A stretch of DNA of 33,771 bases, taken from contig JABCSY010000044.1 of NCBI GenBank assembly GCA_018238625.1, positions 1 through 33,771 of the forward strand, read 5' to 3'. How positions within the stretch are numbered: the first letter of the stretch is position 1; each line of letters begins with the position of its first letter. Shown one piece after another: positions 1 to 10,037 of the stretch. Position numbers and translations under genes: made by a program. This DNA comes from Promethearchaeota archaeon. Its GTDB lineage: Archaea; Asgardarchaeota; Lokiarchaeia; Sigyniarchaeales; SOKP01. The notes under the pieces are model-generated. The model was not told the DNA's origin and searched no databases. It worked only from the letters and a program-made list of their open reading frames with translations.

Positions 1-1
1 A

Positions 2-142
2 GGTGATATTAATTCCGGGGCTGTTCTTTTAGGTCAGAGCATAGGTGTCATAAATAGTTTAAAAAGCGTTAAGAAAATAGTCGAAGAAATCGTAGAGGAC
101 GCAGAAAAACGACTTAAAAGCGCTTATGGCTATTTAAAATAA
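2..142 (+). CDS. 3' end of nitronate monooxygenase / FabK-like flavoprotein (partial, runs off window start)
   Basis: Frame 2 reads GDINSGAVLLGQSIGVINSLKSVKKIVEEIVEDAEKRLKSAYGYLK* (TAA 140-142); GD..G....GQ..G.I......IV..I..EA is the typical NMO/FabK C-terminus; T-rich tract follows. Confidence 0.75.
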   Translation, partial: GDINSGAVLLGQSIGVINSLKSVKKIVEEIVEDAEKRLKSAYGYLK

Positions 143-288
143 AGTAAAAACCTTTTATTTTTTTAATTTTTCTCTGTTTTAACTAATTAAATGATTTCTA
201 AAATATCTTTATTTTTTTTTCATTTAATAAAATTAAATTAGCTTTAAGACTTATATAAATTAAAATTTAGCTGTAAAACCTAATAACC

Positions 289-1239
289 ATGGCAGAATCT
301 GAAGCCCTAATTTTTCAAATACAAAAAATGAGTACTGAAGATGGCCCTGGTATTAGAACGACCGTTTTCTTTAAACAATGTCCATTAAAATGTATTTGGT
401 GTCATAATCCCGAATCAATTCTGAAAAAACCGCAATTAGAATGGTTTAAACATAAATGCATTGGATGTAAAATCTGTATCGAAACATGTCAGCAAGGAGC
501 TTTGTCTCTTGAAGAAGATGGAATGCATATAGATAGAGAAAAGTGTAATAGTTGTGGAGACTGCTCAGAGGAATGTCCCAGCACGGCTTTACATATGTTT
601 GGAGAACTATGGCTTTTAGAAGATTTATATTACGAAATTCAGAAAGATAAAGTCTACTACACGCAATCTCATGGGGGAATAACGGTTTCAGGAGGCGAAC
701 CAACGCTCCAATCAGATTTTATCTTAGATTTCTTGAAAAAATGCAAAGAAAACGGTATATCAACTGCTTTAGATACGTGTGGATACGCTTCCAAGAAAAT
801 TTACGAAAAACTACTTCCTCACGTTGACTTAGTTCTCCTGGACATAAAAGAGATTAATTCTGACAAGCATAAAGAATTTACTGGAGTTCCAAACGACCTC
901 ATTTTAGAAAATGCTATTTGGATTTCGAATTACGTAAAAGAAAACAGCAAAAAGCTTTGGGTTCGAACGCCAATTATCCCAAATTACACCGCCACAGAAA
1001 AAAATATTAAGGGCATTGGAGAATTTATCGTAAATAAGTTACATAACATTCCAGAAAGATGGGATTTATTGAGTTTCAATAACTTGTGTACTGCAAAGTA
1101 CGAAAGATTAGACATGGATTGGCCCCTAAAAGACATTCCACTTATGACTAAAGACGAAATGGATGATTTTGTTGAGTTTGCTAAGAAAATTGGTGTTAAA
1201 AACGCTCAATGGTCCGGATTAACAAAAAAAGAAGATTAA
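289..1239 (+). CDS. glycyl-radical enzyme activating protein (radical SAM with ferredoxin-like insert)
   Basis: [25 protein letters not shown] radical-SAM CxxxCxxC; two CxxCxxCxxxC motifs ([22 protein letters not shown]); [23 protein letters not shown] motifs. Confidence 0.93.
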   Translation: [316 protein letters not shown]

Positions 1240-1324
1240 TAAACTTAAATTCGTCTTAAAATTTGTTGAATAAAATTAAATCAAGCTATTGAAATTTCAC
1301 CAATAAATATAATAGATAAATGAT

Positions 1325-1972
1325 ATGGGAGAAATCATTTTAGAAAATAGCCAAATTGATGATAGACTAAAAAAAATTGCTTTTCAACGAAATGTCAGTT
1401 TTGTAATCTCTATTTTCTGTTTCATTTTTGGAATCTTGTACTTAAGTACCTTAAGGGGTTACCACGAGTCGGAATTAATCGCTACTTTTAAATTTATCCC
1501 ATTCATTGTACTTATCTTTACTGGATTGTATGTTTTATATATTTTCGGAGAAACCTCTATAAGGGTACTCCGTTATTATAATAAGATAAAACCGCTTCAT
1601 TTCGATCAGATTAATATTAATTCCAAGTTTATACTATCAAAAAAAAATCTGATTTATATTATGTTTTCAGGTTTACTTAACGGAGTTTATTTTATAAAAC
1701 TAAAAAAAAATGAAGATCGTTCTTTACTGAACAAAAAACCGAAAAAACTCCCTAAATTTGGTTTCAGGTCAAATAAAAAAATCAAAAAGGATAATTTAAG
1801 TATTAAATACGGAGAATTTAGCGGCTTTTTTAAGATTCCACTAAATAAAGTCGAGTATATTGTTGGAAACGCAAGAGTATTTTTTATGCCATTAGCACTG
1901 TTCTTCAAAACTCAATATACTACCGAATACATTATTAAAATGATGGATTTCGTCCAAGAAAAATCTTTTTGA
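1325..1972 (+). CDS. hypothetical membrane protein (2 N-terminal TM helices, basic soluble domain)
   Basis: 215-aa ORF co-oriented with neighbours; two hydrophobic segments; no recognisable motif. Confidence 0.6.
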   Translation: MGEIILENSQIDDRLKKIAFQRNVSFVISIFCFIFGILYLSTLRGYHESELIATFKFIPFIVLIFTGLYVLYIFGETSIRVLRYYNKIKPLHFDQININSKFILSKKNLIYIMFSGLLNGVYFIKLKKNEDRSLLNKKPKKLPKFGFRSNKKIKKDNLSIKYGEFSGFFKIPLNKVEYIVGNARVFFMPLALFFKTQYTTEYIIKMMDFVQEKSF

Positions 1973-2105
1973 TTAATTTTCGTAAATTCTTACTTTCTTT
2001 TTATTCTTAAGTTAAATTTCTAAGTTTTTCATTCAATATTTATTTTCAATCGTATTACAGAAGAAATATTTTAATTTTAGAGAACATTTTAATATTTGAT
2101 ATAAA

Positions 2106-2990
2106 ATGGGTAAGAAAAAAAATATATTTAGATGGTCGTCCGAAATATCTGAGGAAGGCATAGAATTTACGCAACCAGATATTATGTTGAAGTTAATATC
2201 TACTATAGACGATCGAGGTTGGCCTCACATAACACTAATTTCGAGTAATCGGGCTATTAATAGCAAACAAATAGTCTGGGGGGCTTTTACTGAAGGTACG
2301 TCAAAGAAATACGTTAAAAAGAGACCAAAACAAGGGATCTTTTATATGACTGCTGAAATGCCATTTAAATTTATCCAAGCCAAAGCAGATTTTACTCATA
2401 CTACCCGTGAAGGAGAAGATTTAGAACATTTTAACCAATCACAATTGATGCGCTATTTTACCTATGTAAGAGTTCATACAGCGTACTACAATAACATAGT
2501 ATCTGTGACACCTGTAAGAAATTTACCCTTGTTTGGCGTCGTAAAAGGAATAATTAAGGATATGATTGGGAAAGGTGGAGCGAAAACAAAACTAGACGAA
2601 AAGCGTTTAAATGTTCTTGGGCACAAATTATTCGGGGACTTAATCGCCGTTAGAGTAATTGCGTATATCGATCCTGCTGACGGTTATCCCACTATGATTC
2701 CTTGTATTCAACTTCAAGCGGCCGACCACAACAGATTAGTGTTTCCTCCTTCTGTTTTAAAAGAGGATCTATACCAGATACCTGTTAACTCAAAAGTGGC
2801 TGTTTTTGGAATGAATTTTGATTTTTATAATCAAGTCGTAAAAGGAACGTATAAGGGTTTTAAGAAATTTAGAGGGATTAAGTTTGGAGTTATAGAGATA
2901 GAAGAAATTTATAATAGTACTCCGCCTATGGTAGGAAAGATTTATCCCGAAATTGAAACTAGACCTAAGGTTACTGACTTTCACTTGTAA
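2106..2990 (+). CDS. tandem pyridoxamine-5'-phosphate-oxidase-like (FMN-binding split barrel) protein
   Basis: Two related halves: KLISTIDDRGWPHIT and RVIAYIDPADGYPTMIP match the PNPOx-like 'T.d.dG.P' strand motif; ends in EIEEIY. Confidence 0.7.
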   Translation: MGKKKNIFRWSSEISEEGIEFTQPDIMLKLISTIDDRGWPHITLISSNRAINSKQIVWGAFTEGTSKKYVKKRPKQGIFYMTAEMPFKFIQAKADFTHTTREGEDLEHFNQSQLMRYFTYVRVHTAYYNNIVSVTPVRNLPLFGVVKGIIKDMIGKGGAKTKLDEKRLNVLGHKLFGDLIAVRVIAYIDPADGYPTMIPCIQLQAADHNRLVFPPSVLKEDLYQIPVNSKVAVFGMNFDFYNQVVKGTYKGFKKFRGIKFGVIEIEEIYNSTPPMVGKIYPEIETRPKVTDFHL

Positions 2991-3071
2991 ATTTCTTCCA
3001 AGTTAGCAGAAGATCGCATGACGACAAAAGAGTCTAAATAAATTTATATTTTTTCTCCTCAATTATATATT

Positions 3072-6000
3072 ATGATTTATAAAAAATTCAATATATCAAA
3101 AAAAAATGTATTAACTATAACTTGCTTATCTGTTATCGTGTTGTTCACCTCAGCAAATGGTTTCTTATATTTAATGGACCCATTTTTGAGTTCTGACAAA
3201 TCTGTAAAGGAATCTGAACCGAAAACCTCGGACTTTTGGAATTTTGTTGGAACCACGATATCTATCGATAATAATTGGACAACAACAAACTCTACTTACG
3301 ATTGGTGTAATGGTGCTGGTACCGTAGGTGACCCCTACATCATTGAAAACGTAACAATTGATGCACAGAATAGTGGATCATGCATAAATATTCAAAATAG
3401 CAATGATTACTTCATAATTAGGAACTGTACCTTGATTGACGGTGGTGAATCTAGTTTTAATTCAGGTGTTTTTTTAAAAAATGTTCAAAATGGGCTCATT
3501 CAAAATAATACCTGTTACAATTCGAATTGCGGAATCGTCGTTGATTCCAGCTCCAATAATGTTGTAAGAGAAAATATTATTTACGGCTGTACCTTAGCGG
3601 GTATTTACATGTATTTGGGAAGTAGTTTTAACGATGTGATTAATAATAAAATTACTGGAAGTAGCCGTGGTTTGTCAATTTTTAGTTCTTCTAATATGAA
3701 CTTCTCACAAAATGTTATGGAAAATACGGGGATTCACGTGTATTATAACACTGAATCTCAATTGAGTACCAATAACATTGATTCTTCAAACTTAGTTTCT
3801 GGAAAACCGGTTTACTTTTATGCTAATGAGGATAACCTCGATAATTCTAATTTTACTGATCCAGGCCAAATTATCCTATCAAATTGTGACAATGTCACCT
3901 TATCTGGTTTTGACCTCAAGAATACAAATATAGGAATACAGTTACTCTATTGTGATAACGCTCAAGTTTTTGGAAACAATCTCACTGATAATAGTCTGCT
4001 CGGTATTTATGTGAGAGAAGGAAATTACAATAATATCAGTTACAATTATTTAAGATCAAACATGTACGGCATAGAGTTAAATGATAAATGCCTTAACAAT
4101 ACTATTGATGACAATACATTTCTATATGGGAGTACTGGTATATTCATTAGGTTTGATTCAGAGAATAACACCATCATAAATAACAATCTTACTCAATGCA
4201 GTACAGGAATTCGGATTTCAGATTCTGCTAATAATATAATTGAGAGCAATGATATCATTAATTCGCCCGGTTCTGGAACGTATATTGATTCTGGGGCATC
4301 TACTAATCATTTCATTAGAAATAAGATCGAAGGCAGCAATTTAAATGGGATCTATTTAAGTAGTAATGTGGATTCAAATGAATTTCGAGAGAATTCTATC
4401 AAGGATAGTGCGAATGCCGGAGTATATATTGCCACCAGTGATTGTGAGAATAATATGTTTATTCAGAATTCGTTCAAGCAGAACACTCGTCATGTGAATG
4501 ATGTGGGCACTGATAATTACTACAATAATACCGTAATTGGTAATTACTGGGATAATTACACGGGAATTGACGCAGATGATGATGGAATCGGAGATACTGC
4601 TCATCTAGTTCAAACATCAACGACGATCTACGATTATTTTCCCATCTGGAACGATGGTTTTGACATTCCAATACCAATACATGTGGACAATAATTGGACT
4701 GAGACCGTAGTCACGTATGACTGGGTGACCGGGTCGGGAACTTGGACTGATCCTTATGTTATTGAAGACATCACCATTGACGCCCAGGGAAGCGGATCGG
4801 GGATCTTTATCGAAAACACGGACGAGTATTTTATCGTTCGCAATTGCACCATCTACGATACTTCACAATGGAATTATGTGACCGAAGGATATGATGCAGG
4901 TATTAAACTCGAAAATACAGATAACGGAATGATTTATAACAATACGATCTATGACACAGATTACGCTGGTATTTACCTTGATTATGCGGATAATAATACA
5001 ATATATGAAAACATCCTATACCAAAATAATTTATGGGGCATTGATAACCATGATTGTTCTTCTAATAGAATTATTAACAACACGGTAAGTGCTAACTTTG
5101 TTGATATTGGTTTTTATTATTGCGAAAACATGACGTTAAGAGATAATCAAATGCAGCTGTCCGGATTCTATTTTCGAGCCAGCACTCTCCAGCAAGCCAA
5201 CTCACATTATATTCCTTCGTCAAATACCCTGAATGGAAAGACTCTCTATTATTATGTAAACCAAAATTATCTTTCCTCCACCGATTTTCCAAATGCCGCC
5301 CAAATCATCTTGGTGAACTGCCATAATTCAACCATTTCTAATATCGAATTTGATCATGCATATCGGCCCATTGACTTGTATTATTCGGACGATAATACCG
5401 TTCAAAATTGTAATTTCAGCTCTAATAGGGACAACTTCATTAAATTACTTTGTAGTGAGGGCAACTTCATTCAGAACAACCGTTTCGGAGATGGTGATTC
5501 TTTATATTTAGATGATTATTCGAGCTATAATATAATAAGAAACAATGAATTTTTAGGCTTAGGGACTAGCATCGGTGTATATGATCACTCCAATTATAAC
5601 CAAATATATGATAACGTGATGGATGGGGGACATCGAGGTGTTGACTTAAGCTATTTTGCTAATTCTAACGTGATTTTTAGAAATAACATTTCAAATCTTT
5701 CGCTTTGGGGAGTATCTATTCGGGGACATAGTTCTTTAAACCATGTATATGATAATACCATTACGAACTGCAACGGAGCAGGCATAAGAGTCGAAAATTC
5801 TGATTCTAATGTGATCCGAGAAAATCGTATCATATCAAATGAACTGGGAATTTTATTTTATTCTGATTCAGGTTTGAACGGATGCTATAATAACACATTA
5901 CTGAGCAATGTAAAACATGCGCAAGATGATGGAGTTAACAATTTTTGGAGCATAACCACAATCGGGAACTATTGGGATAATTATACTGGAGTAGATGCAG

Positions 6001-6770
6001 ACGATAATTTAATTGGAGATAGTGCTCATCCTATAGCTGGCAGTGCTGCCTCATTTGATTACTTGCCAATCTGGGAGGATGGAGACGATTTGGGACCAAT
6101 AATATCAATAACTTCTCCTTCCATTGATTCCTATCACATCAATCCACCAACCATTCAAGTGAGTATTACCGATATTGGTGAAGTGAATGAAACTTGGTAC
6201 ACGGTAATTGGCTCTGGAATCAACCACACGTTTACGGGAACAAGTTTTGAGGTAAATACGACTTCTTGGACTAATCACATCGATGGACCAATTATAATTC
6301 GAACATATGCCAATGATACTTACGGGAATCTTGCGTTCGCAGACTTATCAATCATTAAGGATACGACCAATCCGGAGATTTTTATTAATGAACCGCTTGG
6401 CGGAACTGAATTTGGAGATGAGTCCCCTTCCTTCAATCTGACCATTATTGAATTAAATATTTATCAATTATGGTTCAAGATCAACGATTCCTCTACGAGT
6501 CATTTTATTTCTGTTGTATCTGGCAATAACGTGTTTGCAATGGACTCTTCAATTTGGGATGCTATTCCTGATGGTCATGTACTCATCAGCTTTTACATGA
6601 ATGATACTGTAGGAAACAGTGGAACAATAAGCGTTACAATTATTAAGGATACATCAACTAGCCCCCCTCCCACTCCGGGGATACCCGGATATGACCTAGC
6701 ATTCTTGATAAGCGTTATTTCCATTATTTCAGTGATTATTATTGCAAAACGAAGGAAACTCTTAGATTAA
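3072..6770 (+). CDS. large secreted NosD/parallel beta-helix surface protein with duplicated module, Ig-like C-terminal domains and Loki-CTERM-like anchor
   Basis: N-terminal hydrophobic segment; many N-x-I-x-x-N / GI.L PbH1 repeats; GNYWDNYTG.DADD motif twice; G.GT..DPY.IE twice; C-terminal PPPTPGIPGYD + TM + KRRK. Confidence 0.88.
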   Translation: MIYKKFNISKKNVLTITCLSVIVLFTSANGFLYLMDPFLSSDKSVKESEPKTSDFWNFVGTTISIDNNWTTTNSTYDWCNGAGTVGDPYIIENVTIDAQNSGSCINIQNSNDYFIIRNCTLIDGGESSFNSGVFLKNVQNGLIQNNTCYNSNCGIVVDSSSNNVVRENIIYGCTLAGIYMYLGSSFNDVINNKITGSSRGLSIFSSSNMNFSQNVMENTGIHVYYNTESQLSTNNIDSSNLVSGKPVYFYANEDNLDNSNFTDPGQIILSNCDNVTLSGFDLKNTNIGIQLLYCDNAQVFGNNLTDNSLLGIYVREGNYNNISYNYLRSNMYGIELNDKCLNNTIDDNTFLYGSTGIFIRFDSENNTIINNNLTQCSTGIRISDSANNIIESNDIINSPGSGTYIDSGASTNHFIRNKIEGSNLNGIYLSSNVDSNEFRENSIKDSANAGVYIATSDCENNMFIQNSFKQNTRHVNDVGTDNYYNNTVIGNYWDNYTGIDADDDGIGDTAHLVQTSTTIYDYFPIWNDGFDIPIPIHVDNNWTETVVTYDWVTGSGTWTDPYVIEDITIDAQGSGSGIFIENTDEYFIVRNCTIYDTSQWNYVTEGYDAGIKLENTDNGMIYNNTIYDTDYAGIYLDYADNNTIYENILYQNNLWGIDNHDCSSNRIINNTVSANFVDIGFYYCENMTLRDNQMQLSGFYFRASTLQQANSHYIPSSNTLNGKTLYYYVNQNYLSSTDFPNAAQIILVNCHNSTISNIEFDHAYRPIDLYYSDDNTVQNCNFSSNRDNFIKLLCSEGNFIQNNRFGDGDSLYLDDYSSYNIIRNNEFLGLGTSIGVYDHSNYNQIYDNVMDGGHRGVDLSYFANSNVIFRNNISNLSLWGVSIRGHSSLNHVYDNTITNCNGAGIRVENSDSNVIRENRIISNELGILFYSDSGLNGCYNNTLLSNVKHAQDDGVNNFWSITTIGNYWDNYTGVDADDNLIGDSAHPIAGSAASFDYLPIWEDGDDLGPIISITSPSIDSYHINPPTIQVSITDIGEVNETWYTVIGSGINHTFTGTSFEVNTTSWTNHIDGPIIIRTYANDTYGNLAFADLSIIKDTTNPEIFINEPLGGTEFGDESPSFNLTIIELNIYQLWFKINDSSTSHFISVVSGNNVFAMDSSIWDAIPDGHVLISFYMNDTVGNSGTISVTIIKDTSTSPPPTPGIPGYDLAFLISVISIISVIIIAKRRKLLD

Positions 6771-6787
6771 ATCCAATTCTATCTTTA

Positions 6788-6812
6788 TATTTTTTTTTAT
6801 TTTATTAATTTA
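6788..6812 (+). terminator. oligo-T archaeal-type terminator
   Basis: Long T run just downstream of stop at 6770. Confidence 0.45.
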
Positions 6813-6909
6813 CTAAATAGAATTTTGAAAATTTTATTACTGATTTTGTTTTTTCTAAACTAAGTAAATAATTACTATTTATTACTAAACTTAGGAGATT
6901 TATATTATT

Positions 6910-8442
6910 ATGAGCAAAAAAATGAATGTACTTTTTATTATCACGGATCAGCAGCGTGCTGATATGTTGGGTTGTTATGGCAATAAAACAATTAAAACCC
7001 CCAATTTAGATAGGTTTGCTAAGGAAAATGTAAGGTTTTCTAACGCTTTCTGTGTATGTCCCATGTGTATGCCTAATAGAGCCACGCTGCTAACTGGATA
7101 CTACCCTAACGTTCATGGAGTGCGAAGTAATGGGATAAATTTGCCAAAAGATCTGCCCACTATAACTCAAACGCTTGTAAACAGAGGGTATCATACTATT
7201 AATGTAGGTAAGACACATTACAACACTTGGACGCCAAGATACGATTCAAAAATTCAATCGGCGGAGGATTTTCAAGATTGGAGAATAAAGAACCCTAAAG
7301 GCAATCACCTAACGCATGAGAATTTTCCACTCCCATATTATGGGTTTGAGGAAGTTGATTTAGTTCTTGGGCATGGTAACGCATGTTTGGGACACTATCT
7401 TGAATGGATTGAAGAAAGAGATCCTAAACTTGCGAAAAAAATTCAAGAAGAGTATTCAAATAAAGTACCTTGTCTCGAAATATTTTACGAAAGTTGGGTT
7501 CCTATAGAGCTTTACAATACAACTTACATTCAAAATAATACAATCTCTTTTTTAGAAAGATACTCTAAAGGAAAATATGGAGAAAAACCTTTCTTTTTAC
7601 ATTGTTCTTTTCCTGACCCCCATCAACCAGTCTCACCCCCTGGAAAGTATAGAGATATGTATAAACCAGAGGACGTAGTCCTTCCTGAGAATTTCCATAA
7701 CATAAAGAACTTATATAAACACCCTTATTTAAAAAAACATTTAGAAAATCCTCCCGTTAGAGACGCATTACTACGCGAAGAAACAGAAGAAAATATAAGG
7801 AAGTTTATCGCTCTCAGCTACGGTTCTGTTTCTCTAATTGATCACGCTGTAGGTCAAATTTTAGCTTCATTGGAAAAGTTTGGATTAGCAGATAATACGA
7901 TGGTAATTTTCACATCAGATCACGGAGATTACATGGGAGACCACAGTTTAATATTAAAAGGAATATCACCCTTTAACGGTACTCTACAAGTCCCCTTAAT
8001 TTGGCGGGTTCCTGGCGTTACAAAATCAGCAGTTTCTGATGCGTTGATAAGTTCTGTAGATCTACCTAAAACAATTCTTGAGCTATTAAATATCAAGGAA
8101 AGACATAGACCACCGGGAATGCAAGGCTATGACATGACACCTGTTTTGAAAGATCCTACAACTGAATTGCGGGATTCCATTCTAATCACGGAAGACGAGG
8201 AAGTAGGTCCGCGCGGACCCTTATATACGAGAATAGTTCATTTGATTACAAAAGATTTTAAATTAACTAAATATGCTGAATTACCAGGATATGGAGACAT
8301 TTTCGATCGAAAGAACGATAAGGCTGAATTAAATAATTTATGGGAAAAAGATAAAGAGCTAAGACTAAAATTATTGGACGAAATGTTCCACGAATATTCC
8401 ATGACTCGAACTAGGTTCCCTAAAAGAAATTCAGGATTTTAA
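6910..8442 (+). CDS. Cys-type sulfatase (arylsulfatase/choline-sulfatase-like), cytoplasmic
   Basis: NVLFIITDQQR, CMPNRATLLTG (CxPxR formylglycine motif), GKTH, PDPH, FTSDHG, LKG, VPLI; no signal peptide. Confidence 0.93.
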   Translation: MSKKMNVLFIITDQQRADMLGCYGNKTIKTPNLDRFAKENVRFSNAFCVCPMCMPNRATLLTGYYPNVHGVRSNGINLPKDLPTITQTLVNRGYHTINVGKTHYNTWTPRYDSKIQSAEDFQDWRIKNPKGNHLTHENFPLPYYGFEEVDLVLGHGNACLGHYLEWIEERDPKLAKKIQEEYSNKVPCLEIFYESWVPIELYNTTYIQNNTISFLERYSKGKYGEKPFFLHCSFPDPHQPVSPPGKYRDMYKPEDVVLPENFHNIKNLYKHPYLKKHLENPPVRDALLREETEENIRKFIALSYGSVSLIDHAVGQILASLEKFGLADNTMVIFTSDHGDYMGDHSLILKGISPFNGTLQVPLIWRVPGVTKSAVSDALISSVDLPKTILELLNIKERHRPPGMQGYDMTPVLKDPTTELRDSILITEDEEVGPRGPLYTRIVHLITKDFKLTKYAELPGYGDIFDRKNDKAELNNLWEKDKELRLKLLDEMFHEYSMTRTRFPKRNSGF

Positions 8443-8487
8443 ATTATAGAAAAAAATATAAACTCTGAAAAAAAAATCGGTTTAGAA

Positions 8488-9378
8488 ATGAAGTGGAAAA
8501 CAAAAATAACTCAAATATTAGGAATTAAGTACCCCCTCGTAATGGGTGCTTTTGGAGGCTGGGGTAAAGCCGAATTTGCGTCGTCTTTTTCAAAAGCTGG
8601 GGGATTAGGAATTATAGCGGCGCTGAACTTTCCAAATCCAGAAGATTTTAGGAAAGATTTACAAAAGATGAAAGAATTAACTGACAAACCTTTCGGAATA
8701 AACCTTTCTTTGCCACATCGCAGCTTAAAAGAAAATGGTGAAGATATTGAAACCATAAAAAGATATTTAGATTACGTGGAAATAGCAATCAATGAAAATT
8801 GTACCATCTTTACGACCTCTGGATACAAAGCTTCGTTCGTCGGCACAAGAGTTCACGAATCAGGTGGCTTATGGTTTCATAAATGCGTGTTGGTAAAACA
8901 TGCTATTGCAGCAGAAAAAGCGGGTGCAGATGGTATTACTATAGTAGGTTTAGAAGGAACTGGATTCAAAAATCCCCTAACAAACACTACTTTGGTAAAC
9001 ATAACTATGGCAAAAAAATTGCTCAAAGTTCCTATAATTGCCGCGGGAGGAATCGGAGACTCAAGAGGATTTTTAGGTGCTCTGGCATTAGGCGCTGATG
9101 CGGTATGTTTAGGCACAGCTTTAATGGTTACTAAAGAATGTCCCGTGCCGGAAAGAATTAAGGAAAAATGGCTAAATCTAGATGTATTTGACGAGCAATT
9201 TCATAAAAAAATATACACTTACAATGTAAAAAATTTTATGGCACCTTCAACGGCAATAGGACATCATAACGAAATAATCCCTATCAAAACCTTAATCGAG
9301 AAAATGATTAAAAAAGCAGAGAATATATTGCTTTCTTGGGGATTTGATAATAACGAATTTAATACAGTTAACACTTAA
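8488..9378 (+). CDS. nitronate monooxygenase / enoyl-ACP reductase II (FabK)-like FMN protein
   Basis: KTKITQILGIKYPLVMG, AGGLG, TDKPFGIN, PIIAAGGIGD.RG...ALALGADAV.LGT, KECP. Confidence 0.88.
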   Translation: MKWKTKITQILGIKYPLVMGAFGGWGKAEFASSFSKAGGLGIIAALNFPNPEDFRKDLQKMKELTDKPFGINLSLPHRSLKENGEDIETIKRYLDYVEIAINENCTIFTTSGYKASFVGTRVHESGGLWFHKCVLVKHAIAAEKAGADGITIVGLEGTGFKNPLTNTTLVNITMAKKLLKVPIIAAGGIGDSRGFLGALALGADAVCLGTALMVTKECPVPERIKEKWLNLDVFDEQFHKKIYTYNVKNFMAPSTAIGHHNEIIPIKTLIEKMIKKAENILLSWGFDNNEFNTVNT

Positions 9379-9386
9379 AGTGTTCC

Positions 9387-9497
9387 TTAATCTTTACCAA
9401 GAGTAGATATCAATCCCTGACGATTTATTATGGCTCCTATGTTTATTTGATCTTTATACAAGATTTTAATATACTCAACTGAAGGAATCTATATTAC
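9387..9497 (-). pseudogene. truncated Doc/Fic-like toxin remnant
   Basis: Immediately after the antitoxin-like ORF: VI*IPSVEYIKILYKDQINIGAIINRQGLISTLGKD*; resembles the Doc N-terminal helices; internal TAG at 9489-9491; no HPF.DGNKR core. Confidence 0.4.
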
Positions 9498-9751
9498 TAA
9501 TCTTCACCAAGTTTTCTCCATTCTTCACCATATTCTTTCATAAATTTCTTAATTATTTCTCGATCTTCCTCTAAACTTTCCTTAGCTACGATACTTTGCT
9601 CTTCCAAATATTCATTAAAATAATTCTGGATTAAGTAACGGATAACTTCCGCATCATTTTGTATCCCCAAAGAGGATTTAATAATATTAAAACGCGTTGA
9701 AAGATTACCTTTTAACTCAATATGCAATACTTTTGGTTTTTCTTTTTCCAT
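9497..9751 (-). CDS. ribbon-helix-helix DNA-binding protein, probable Doc-associated antitoxin
   Basis: LHIELKG..STRFNIIKSSLGIQNDAEVIRYLI is RHH/CopG-like; C-terminal IKKFMKEYGEEWRKLGED resembles Doc-binding antitoxin tails. Confidence 0.6.
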   Translation of the reverse strand: MEKEKPKVLHIELKGNLSTRFNIIKSSLGIQNDAEVIRYLIQNYFNEYLEEQSIVAKESLEEDREIIKKFMKEYGEEWRKLGED

Positions 9752-9875
9752 TAAAATTACTAAAAATATTTTTTATTAAATAATTACTATTGAATATTAT
9801 AATTTATTATGAATTATACATTTTTGTATCGAATTTAATACGCTTCGCTTTTAGTATTGGAGTTGGTTAAAGCCA

Positions 9876-10037
9876 ATGAAAAAAGATAAGAAAAAAGAGA
9901 AAACCAAACTTGACGACGACGAAGTAGAGAAGATTTTCGAGTCAACTTGGAAGAATTGGACATCCCGTAGAAAATGTGAGCAGACTCATACACCAGAGTA
10001 TATTAAAAGAAAAAATAAAAAGAATCACATTAAATAA
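9876..10037 (+). CDS. small hypothetical highly charged protein (53 aa), not in ORF track
   Basis: MKKDKKKEKTKLDDDEVEKIFESTWKNWTSRRKCEQTHTPEYIKRKNKKNHIK*; GGAG at ~9859 upstream; coding-like composition within an AT-rich gap. Confidence 0.5.
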   Translation: MKKDKKKEKTKLDDDEVEKIFESTWKNWTSRRKCEQTHTPEYIKRKNKKNHIK

